From Macrostomum lignano (taxonomy: Eukaryota), in the NCBI GenBank assembly GCA_002269645.1, contig NIVC01003146.1, positions 15,281 through 79,280 of the forward strand: a stretch of DNA of 64,000 nt. The letters are read 5' to 3'. This document shows, piece by piece, positions 1-10,600 of this stretch (position 1 is the first letter of the stretch; each line of letters opens with the position of its first letter). A model generated the notes under the pieces. The model did not search any database. It was not told where the DNA came from and saw only the letters and a program-made list of their open reading frames with translations. A program made the translations under genes and the position numbers.

Positions 1-728
1 AAGGATCGGGAGGGGGCTCCCAGCTGAAGGATCGGGAGGGGGTTCCCAGCTGAAGGATCGGGAGGGGGCTCCCAGCTGAAGGATCGGGAGGGGTTCCCAG
101 CTGAAGGATCGGGAGGGGGCTCCCAGCTGAAGGATCGGGAGGGGGCTCCCAGCTGAAGGATCGGGAGGGGGTTCCCAGCTGAAGGATCGGGAGGGGGCTC
201 CCAGCTGAAGGATCGGGAGGGGTTCCCAGCTGAAGGATCGGGAGGGGGCTCCCAGCTGAAGGATCGGGAGGGGGTTCCCAGCTGAAGGATCGGGAGGGGG
301 CTCCCAGCTGAAGGATCGGGAGGGGCACCCAGCTGAAGGATCGGGGGCTCCCAGCTGAAGGATCGGGAGGGGGCACCCAGCTGAAGGATCGGGGCTCCCA
401 GCTGAAGGATCGGGAGGCACCCAGCTGAAGGATCGGGAGGCACCCAGCTGAAGGATCGGGAGGCACCCAGCTGAAGGATCGGGAGGGGGCTCCCAGCTGA
501 AGGATCGGGAGGCACCCAGCTGAAGGATCGGGGGCACCCAGCTGAAGGATCGGGGGCACCCAGCTGAAGGATCGGGAGGCACCCAGCTGAAGGATCGGGG
601 GCACCCAGCTGAAGGATCGGGGGCACCCAGCTGAAGGATCGGGAGGCACCCAGCTGAAGGATCGGGGGGGGGGGCTCCCAGCTGAAGGATCGGGGGCTCC
701 TAGCTGAAGGATCGGGGGCTCCCAGCTG
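1..728 (+). repeat. Minisatellite A, ~20-26-bp unit CCCAGCTGAAGGATCGGGAGG(GGGCT/CA)
   Basis: Tandem copies visible directly. Confidence 0.97.
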
Positions 729-844
729 ACACTCCAACTAACGCTTCAGTTTTTTTGCTTTCAGAGTTCCTGGCCTACATGAAGTAGCGGGACTGTGACA
801 GGCTGCCGTGATGTTTGAAATACTGAATGACCCATATTCAACTT

Positions 845-1140
845 GCCCATATCTCTGTCCATACCGCACTAGTAAGACTATAATATCTTTTAGGAACTCC
901 TGTTCAATTTTAAGTCAAGTAATTATCTATATCTAACCCATATATTTATTAACTAATTATTAATACCAACGAACAGTTGCCAGTTACGCAGTGAGAAAAC
1001 CTAAGACTGATTAGACGTGAACTTCTGACATTTTAAAAATAAATAAAATTCTTCTCAAAACTTTTTTCAGCTTTAAAATAGTTCGTGAACTTTATTGAGA
1101 CTTTATTTCTTTTGTTGACTAATGTGACGATTCAAAAAAT
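845..1140 (+). repeat. Non-tandem ~290-bp segment homologous to 15600-15875 (inverted)
   Basis: GCCCATATCTCTGTCCATACCGCAC..GGAACTCCTGTTC..AAGTCAAG..ATCTAACCCA..GCAGTGAGA..TGATTAGAC aligns by eye to the reverse complement of 15600-15875 with clear divergence. Confidence 0.8.
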
Positions 1141-1151
1141 GTGACAAATTG

Positions 1152-1621
1152 TGAATGTGACAGTTTGGGAATGTGACAGTTTGGGAATGTGACAGTTTGG
1201 GAATGTGACAGTTTGGGAATGTGACAGTTTGGGAATGTGACAGTTTGAGAATGTGACAGTTTGGGAGTGTGACAGTTTGGGAATGTTACAGTTTGGAAGT
1301 GTGACAGTTTGGGAATGTGACAGTTTGGGAATGTGACAGTTTGGGAATGTTACAGTTTGGAAGTGTGACAGTTTTGGAATGTGACAGTTTGGGAATGTTA
1401 CAGTTTGGGAATGTGACAGTTTGGGAATGTGACAGTTTGGGAATGTGACAGTTTTGGAATGTGACAGTATGGGAACGTAACAGTTTGGGAATGTGACAGT
1501 TTGGGAATGTGACAGTTTTGGAATGTGAAAACTTGGGAATGTGACAGTTTTGGAATGTGAAAACTTGGGAATGTGACAGTATGGGAACGTAACAGTTTGG
1601 GAACGTGACAGTTTTGGAATG
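1152..1621 (+). repeat. Minisatellite B, 16-bp unit GAATGTGACAGTTTGG
   Basis: Tandem copies. Confidence 0.97.
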
Positions 1622-1639
1622 CGCCGCCCAGCCTCTCAC

Positions 1640-4600
1640 CTGCATCTCGTACTGCAGGTGGTCGGTGTCTTCGCCGCCGAATTTGCCGAACAGGCCGGCG
1701 TCGGCGCTGGCGTCGGGCGTCAGGATGGCCGTCACGGCGCTCTGCGACACGTCGTCGGCGCCGCCGTGGCTTTTCTGCTTCTTGAAGAAGTTGGCGATCT
1801 TCGTCTTTTTCTTTGCTCCGCCGGTGGCCGCGGCGGCGGCCGCGGTGGTCGATGGCAGGTGCTGGCCGTCGGCGGCGCCCTTCGGCACCATCAGGGAGGT
1901 CGGGCCGCCACCCTCGCCGCCGCCGCGCTGCTGGAGGCGCGGGTCCAGCTTCTTGCGGAAGTTGTCAACCTCGGCGCGGCGCTGGGCGAGGCTGCGGCTG
2001 GTGAACTGCTGGTGGCAGCGGACCGGCAGGCTGAGCCGCACCACCTCCAGGTGGTCCTCCTGAGCGCTGGGCACGTACTTGGTGCTGATGCTGATCAGTG
2101 GGGTGCCGCCGGCCGAGCGCTGGGCCAGGATGTGCGAGTGCGAGCTCTCCTCCGAGATGGTCTCGAAGCTCGTCTCCAGGCGGTCGTACCACATCGGCAG
2201 CGCCGAGTGCATGTTGCTGGGGAGGAGGGATTTCAGTCGGTTCTCATGACTCACGGCTGTTCTCATGACTCACGTCTGTTCTCATGACTCACGTCTGTTC
2301 TCATGACTCATGACTCACGTCTGTTCCTATGACTCACGTCTGTTCTCATGACTCACGTCTGTTCCTATGACTCACGTATGTTCTCATGACTCATGACTCA
2401 CGTCTGTTCCTATGACTCACGTCTGTTCTCATGATTCACGTCTGTTCTCATGACTCAAGTCTGTTCTCATGACTCACGTCTGTTCTCATGATTCACGTCT
2501 GTTCTCATGACTCACGTCTGTTCTCATGACTCACGTCTGTTCCTATGACTAATGTCTGTTCTCCTGACTAACGTCGTTTCTGATAGCTCATGACTCATGT
2601 TGGTTGCTATGACTTGACTAATGATGATGCTTATGACTCATCATGATTCTCATCTGTAACTCATAATTTATTTGACCCATTATCATTCCTAAGCCAGAAA
2701 GTCCCAGAGCAATATCCCAGCCCCTTTCGCTCACACGCAGAACGGCTCGAACCCCTCCTGCAGGCCGCAGCAGGTGAAGTACTTGAAGCTCTTGACGTCC
2801 TGGCCGAGGTTCAGCTTGGCTGACTGCCCGACGCCCAGGGAGAAGGCGGGCACGTAGCCGGTCTTGGCGTTCACCTGGATGCCCTTGAAGGCGATCTCCT
2901 GGCCCACGCTGTCCATCATCAGCTCGCCGTTCAGGGAGAAGTCTGAGCGAGTTCGGGGCGGCGGTGATCATTGAGAGCTCACGAGAGATCATTGAGAACC
3001 TTGAGAAGTCCATGAGAAACTGACGAGAGATCATTGAGAACCTTGAGAAGTCCATGAGAAACTGACGAGAGATCATTGAGAACCTTGAGAAATCCATGAG
3101 AAACTGACGGGAGATCTTTGAGAACCTTGAGAAGTCCATGAGAAACTGACGGGAGATCTTTGAGAACCTTGAGAAATCCATGAGAAACTGACGAGAGATC
3201 ATTGAGAACCTTGAGAAATCCATGAGAAACTGACGGGAGATCTTTGAGAACCTTGAGAAGTTCATGAGAAACTGACGGGAGATCTTTGAGAACCTTGAGA
3301 AATCCATGAGAAACTGACGAGAGATCATTGAGAACCTTGAGAAGTCCATGAGAAACTGACGAGAGATCATTGAGAACCTTGAGAAATCAATGAGAAACTC
3401 ATGAGAGATCATTGAGAACCTTGAGAAATCAATGAGAAACTCATGAGAGACCGTTGAAATGCTTGAGGAGTCCATGGGAAACTCATGAGAGATGCTTGAG
3501 ATCCTTAAAAAGTCCAGAAAAATTAATGAGCGAGCCCTGAGAAATCCCTGAGAAAGCACTAAGAGATCCCTGAGAGATCACTGAAGCACAGAGTCATGCC
3601 AGCCAATGTCAGTTAAGTAGTAGATGAGGCATTTTAATATCTAAACACGATTGCCCGATGAAGAATTTTACAGCCCCATCTTTTCAGTTCAGTCAGTTCA
3701 GATTTTTAAACTTTACTGTCACTCTGTGAAGATACAAAGGAAGTTTTACTCAATACACATCGGACAGCCAAATGTGCCTGTCGGCGGCGGGGGGGGGGGG
3801 GTTGCTTAAAACCGGTTCGCCCCGACCGCTCCCAAAAATCCAGAATTTCGTGATGAAGAAGGGAAACCTCTTCCCCAACTCCCTCTCTCCTCTCCCATCC
3901 ACCCCGGCGCCTCACAAATGGTGCTATCGTCCAGATCGATCAGGCAGCCCACGACGTCGCCCTGGTGGCACCGCTTGCCGAACCGGTCGGACTCCACGTG
4001 CCACTTCCTGGCCTGCAGAGCAGCGGGCGGAGGGTGAAGCAAAAAGGCTATTGCTGCTGCTGCTGCAGTAAATTGTTGCAGAAAGTGCAGGCGGCTGTTG
4101 CTTTGCATTTTTCCACCCCACGAACTGTTCGCTCGTTCCAGTGCTGTCTGGCATTTCAGGCTGATGAAGGAGGGAAGCTGACTGGCAATCTAGCTTCAAA
4201 ATGCAGCCAGTTTTCTGTGATTTCTTCTGTTCCCAAGTCAACTGCCTGGCTAAGGGGTTCGTCTGCGCCTAAAATACTCGTATTGGCTTGTTTGATCTGT
4301 TATTCTAATGGTCTAATCTAATCTGTGGGATTCTAGTGGTCTAATCTAATCTGTGGGATTCTAGTGGTCTAATCTAATCTGTGGGATTCCAATGGTCCAA
4401 TCTAATCTGTGGGATTCTAGTGGTCCAATCTAATCTGTGGGATTCTAGTGGTCCAATCTAATCTGTGGGATTCCAATGGTCCAATCTAATCTGTGGGATT
4501 CTAATGGTCTAATCTAATCTGTGGGATTCCAATGGTCCAATCTAATCTGTGGGATTCTAGTGGTCTAATCTAATCTGTGGGATTCTAGTGGTCCAATCTA

Positions 4601-7600
4601 ATCTGTGGGATTCCAATGGTCTAATCTAATCTGTGGGATTCCAATGGTCCAATCTAATCTGTGGGATTCTAGTGGTCTAATCTAATCTGTGGGATTCTAG
4701 TGGTCTAATCTAATCTGTGGGATTCTAGTGGTCCAATCTAATCTGTGGGATTCTAGTGGTCCAATCTAATCTGTGGGATTCCAATGGTCCAATCTAATCT
4801 GTGGGATTCTAGTGGTCTAATCTAATCTGTGGGATTCTAGTGGTCCAATCTAATCTGTGGGATTCCAATGGTCCAATCTAATCTGTGGGATTCTAGTGGT
4901 CCAATCTAATCTGTGGGATTCCAATGGTCCAATCTAATCTGTGGGATTCTAGTGGTCCAATCTAATCTGTGGGATTCCAATGGTCCAATCTAATCTGTGG
5001 GATTCTAGTGGTCCAATCTAATCTGTGGGATTCCAATGGTCCAATCTAATCTGTGGGATTCTAGTGGTCCAATCTAATCTGTGGGATTCCAATGGTCCAA
5101 TCTAATCTGTGGGATTCTAGTGGTCCAATCTAATCTGTGGGATTCCAATGGTCCAATCTAATCTGTGGGATTCTAGTGGTCCAATCTAATCTGTGGGATT
5201 CCAATGGTCCAATCTAATCTGTGGGATTCTAGTGGTCTAATCTAATCTGTGGGATTCTAATGGTCTAATCTAATCTGTGGGATTCTAGTGGTCCAATCTA
5301 ATCTGTGGGATTCTAGTGGTCCAATCTAATCTGTGGGATTCCAATGGTCCAATCTAATCTGTGGGATTCCAATGGTCTAATCTAATCTGTGGGATTCTAA
5401 TGGTCTAATCTAATCTGTGGAATTCTAATGGTCCAATCTAATCTGTGGGATTCCAATGGTCTAATCTAATCTGTGGAATTCTAATGGTCCAATCTAATCT
5501 GTGGGATTCCAATGGTCTAATCTAATCTGTGGAATTCTAATGGTCCAATCTAATCTGTGGGATTCCAATGGTCCAATCTAATCTGTGGGATTCTAGTGGT
5601 CTAATCTAATCTGTGGGATTCTAATGGTCTAATCTAATCTGTGGAATTCTAATGGTCCAATCTAATCTGTGGGATTCTAGTGGTCTAATCTAATCTGTGG
5701 AATTCTAATGGTCCAATCTAATCTGTGGGATTCCAATGGTCCAATCTAATCTGTGGGATTCCAATGGTCCAATCAAATCTGTGGGATTCTAGTGGTCCAA
5801 TCTAATCTGTGGGATTCTAGTGGTCCAATCTAATCTGTGGGATTCCAATGGTCTAATCTAATCTGTGGGATTCCAATGGTCCAATCTAATCTGTGGGATT
5901 CTAGTGGTCTAATCTAATCTGTGGGATTCTAGTGGTCTAATCTAATCTGTGGGATTCTAGTGGTCCAATCTAATCTGTGGGATTCTAGTGGTCCAATCTA
6001 ATCTGTGGGATTCCAATGGTCCAATCTAATCTGTGGGATTCTAGTGGTCTAATCTAATCTGTGGGATTCTAGTGGTCCAATCTAATCTGTGGGATTCCAA
6101 TGGTCCAATCTAATCTGTGGGATTCTAGTGGTCCAATCTAATCTGTGGGATTCCAATGGTCCAATCTAATCTGTGGGATTCTAGTGGTCCAATCTAATCT
6201 GTGGGATTCTAATGGTCTAATCTAATCTATGGGATTCTAGTGGTCTAATCTAATCTGTGGGATTCCAATGGTCCAATCTAATCTGTGGGATTCTAGTGGT
6301 CCAATCTAATCTGTGGGATTCCAATGGTCCAATCTAATCTGTGGGATTCTAGTGGTCCAATCTAATCTGTGGGATTCCAATGGTCCAATCTAATCTGTGG
6401 GATTCTAGTGGTCCAATCTAATCTGTGGGATTCCAATGGTCCAATCTAATCTGTGGGATTCTAGTGGTCTAATCTAATCTGTGGGATTCTAATGGTCTAA
6501 TCTAATCTGTGGGATTCTAGTGGTCCAATCTAATCTGTGGGATTCTAGTGGTCCAATCTAATCTGTGGGATTCCAATGGTCCAATCTAATCTGTGGGATT
6601 CCAATGGTCTAATCTAATCTGTGGGATTCTAATGGTCTAATCTAAAATCTGTGGGATTCTAGTGGTCCAATCTAATCTGTGGGATTCCAATGGTCTAATC
6701 TAATCTGTGGGATTCCAATGGTCCAATCTAATCTGTGGGATTCCAATGGTCTAATCTAATCTGTGGAATTCTAATGGTCCAATCTAATCTGTGGGATTCC
6801 AATGGTCCAATCTAATCTGTGGGATTCCAATGGTCTAATCTAATCTGTGGGATTCTAATGGTCTAATCTAATCTGTGGAATTCTAATGGTCCAATCTAAT
6901 CTGTGGGATTCTAGTGGTCTAATCTAATCTGTGGAATTCTAATGGTCCAATCTAATCTGTGGGATTCTAGTGGTCTAATCTAATCTGTGGAATTCTAATG
7001 GTCCAATCTAATCTGTGGGATTCTAATGGTCTAATCTAATCTATGGGATTCTAGTGGTCTAATCTAATCTGTGGAATTCTAATGGTCCAATCTAATCTGT
7101 GGAATTCTAATGGTCCAATCTAATCTGTGGGATTCTAATGGTCTAATCTAATCTGTGGGATTCTAGTGGTCTAATCTAATCTGTGGGATTCTAGTGGTCT
7201 AATCTAATCTGTGGGATTCTAATGGTCTAATCTAATCTGTGGGATTCTAATGGTCTAATCTAATCTGTGGGATTCTAATGGTCTAATCTAATCTGTGGGA
7301 TTCTAATGGTCTAATCTAATCTGTGGGATTCTAATGGTCTAATCTAATCTTTGGGATTCTAGTGGTCTAATCTAATCTTTGGGATTCGAATCTCTAATCT
7401 AATCTATGGGATTCTAATGGTCTAATCTCTAATCTAATCTATGAGATTCCAATGCCTATTCCCCGGAATCCTTATTCTCTAATCCAGGGAAACCCTAATC
7501 GCTAATCCACAGAACCCTAATCGCAAATCCACAGAACCCTAATCGCTAATCCACAGAACCCTAATCGCTAATCCACAGAACCCTAATCGCTAATCCACAG

Positions 7601-10600
7601 AACCCTAATCGCTAATCCACAGAACCCTAATCGCAAATCCACAGAACCCTAATCGCAAATCCACAGAACCCTAATCGCTAATCCACAGAACCCTAATCGC
7701 TAATCCACAGAACCCTAATCGCTAATCCACAGAACCCTAATCGCTAATCCACAGAACCCTAATCGCTAATCCACAGAACCCTAATCGCTAATCCACAGAA
7801 CCCTAAACGCTAATCCACAGAACCCTAAACGCTAATCCACAGAACCCTAATCGCTAATCCACAGAACCCTAATCGCTAATATAGGGAGCCCTGATCGCTC
7901 TCCGGTCCCGGCTCACCGAGCAGCAGTCGAAGGCGTAGGAGCCGATGGAGTCGCCCACCAGAACGCCGGCGCGCGAGTCGGCCTGCATGAATCCAACGCG
8001 GATGTTGCCCTCGGACATGACCTCGAACTCGAAGTACCACTTGCCTTGAGACACTGCCCAGGTGGTCTCCACCCGGTAGGTGCGGCTGATGTCCGAGTGG
8101 CACGGCTCCAGCATGCGCTGCATGATCAGCTCCTCGCGCACGTCAGACGAGGAGGACCGCTCGATGTCGTAGCCGAAGGCCAGAATAGTCCGGATGATCT
8201 CGGACGAGCTGGCCCGGTTCACGGCCTGGATGGCCGGGTCCACGTGCTTGAACGGCACCAGGAAGGGAGACCGCTTGAGCACCGGGTCCTCCTCGATGCC
8301 CCAGGTCCAGCCCTGGGCGATGCGGTCGCGGCCCCACAGGTTGTGCGTGTTCTCAGCCAGGTAGTCGGCCAGCTCCTCGAGAGCGGGGCTCAGCGCGTAC
8401 TGGCTGAGGTCGATGGGCATCGGCTTGTAGCCGTTGGGCTGCACGAAGCTGTTGCCCAGCTTCACCGTCTTCACGCGGGTCTCCTTCTGCGGGTCCGGCA
8501 CGATGTTGTAGCCCAGAATGAAGATCACCTTGAGCGTCTCCTGCGCTAGGCTGAGGTTGTAGGTCCTCTCGTAGTCGGGCAGCTGGCTGAAGGTGGTCAG
8601 GCAGGGGTTCGTCTTGTACTCGTCGCTTCTCTGCTCGCCGAACGTCCAGCCCTGCTCGATCTTCTTCATCGCCCAGATCTCGTGCAGATTCTCGGCCAGG
8701 CGCTCGCGGATCTGGTCAACGGCGGCCGGCGCCTGCATCGCCGCGCAGTCGATGGGGCTCGGCTTGAAGTTGTTGTAGGGCCCGACATCGATGGGGCCCT
8801 GGTAGATGCTCTTCTCGATGAAGCCGAAGTTGAAGCAGGGCTCGATGCGCAGCTTCCGGCCGGGCAGGATGGCGTCTGAGATCGGGCTGAAGGTGTCCAG
8901 CGGCCCGAACTTCAGCCGGCCGTGGCTGCCGCCGAACAGGAAGCGGACGCTGACCTTCGCGCCCAGGCTCACGCACGGGTAGAATGTGCCCCACTTGTCG
9001 AAGTCTTTGAAGAATCCTCTGACCGTCTGGCCGTTGACGCTGAAGGTGATGCGCGGGATGGACAGGTCGATGGCCGAGCCGATCACGTCGCCTTTTTTGA
9101 GCTGCAGCGGCACGGGCTGGACGGGCTGCGAGCTCTGGTTCGTCCACAGGTGGTTGCCGTCGAAGGCGAAGGAGTAGATATCGTCGCCGAGGCCGTTGCA
9201 GCCCCAGTTGGTGCCGCGGGCGGGGTACGGCAGGAAGCCGTCGGCGTTCGCCCAGCCGATGCGCAGGTGCGTCGGGTTGTCCGTCTTCTGCTCAATGGAG
9301 TCCACCACGACCTCGAAGCACCAGCGGCTGTACATCGCCACCCCGTCGGCGATCTTGACGGAAACGTTGGGCCGGAAGCAGCGCACATGGTCGACCAGGC
9401 GCGTCTGCAGCAGGAGGTCGCGGTCGGGCAGCAGCGTGTTGGAGATCAGGTTCTGGTTGAGCCGCACCGCCCCCTGCGACCCGGACACGCAGAGGCTGCA
9501 GAGAACCTCCAGGATTTTCGAGTCGCGGCCCTGACGATCGAGCAGGCCAACGATGGTTTGAATGTGATTCTCGCGGATCATGTTCAGCGCCTCGGGGCTG
9601 TGCGTCAGCACGGAAAACAGCACGTCCAGCACGCCCTGGGCCGCCTCCTGGCCCTCCAGGCGGCTGAACAGCCAGTTGAGCCGCTGCGTCTGCGCGAACT
9701 GCGCGCAGTTGGGCCGGTTGCCGCGGATGAGCGCGGCCAGCAGCAGGTACAGGTAGTTGCTGATGGTGTTGTAGCAGCCGCTGCGGTCCTCGCCGCAGAT
9801 GGCCGCGAAGTCGCGGCTGCTCTTGAACGTTGAGCTGAACTTGTCGATGGTGTCCAGCACCAGGGAGATCATGCCCTCCTCCTGGAACAGGCCCTGCCGG
9901 TTCTTCAGGCCCTTCAGTTTCATCACGCGCATCTCGTGCTCCTCGGACTCGTCAGGGAACTCGAAAAAGTCGATGAGGTCTTTCAACGAGCGCTGCACCT
10001 CGTCAATGTTGGTTGCCTGCCAGGCGGCTGACTGCACGCCCTCGGCCAGCAGGCCGTCCAGCGCCTTCAGCAAGTTGTGGAAGAAGGCGGCGCATCGGCG
10101 GATGGCTACGGCCGACTTCGAGTCCTCGTCCTGCGACTTGGCGAAGGTGAACGCGTCGTCCATGTGGCCCTCGACCAGCAGGACGGCCTGCTTCTCCTCA
10201 ACGCGGCCGATGCCGCGCTTCTTGGTCTCGTAGGTCTTGTAGGACAGCCACAGGCCGGAGGCGATGTGCTGCAGGAAGGAGTAGGTGTCGTCGTACTTCA
10301 CGTCCGCCGCGCCCATGCCCTCCTCCTCGCGCTCCTCCTTGGACATCTTGTCGTCCTTGGTCTGCATGAGGCAGAAGGCGGTGACCTCCTCCGAGGCCTG
10401 CTCCACCGGCACGGTGGTCAGCAGGTTGCTGTCGGTCACGCCCAGGTACCGGCCGGAGGTCACGTGACGGATGCGCACCTTGCAGGACCAGGAGAACAGG
10501 CCGCCGGTCCAGCGGATCTTTACGTGCTCCACTCGCCACAGCGAGCGCGCCTGGCTCTTGGCGTCGCCGGTCTCGTACATCACCTTGGGCAGGTCGGTGG

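Noticed and set aside
765-835. Possible terminal exon (plus: TTTCAG|AG TTC CTG GCC TAC ATG AAG TAG; minus: CAG|TAT TTC AAA..ATG TAG)
   Set aside because: Very short, no similarity to the expected RyR SPRY3 sequence, and no partner exons visible; cannot be supported without transcripts.
7490-7880. Interstitial telomere
   Set aside because: Only one TTAGGG per 22-bp unit; not a (TTAGGG)n tract.
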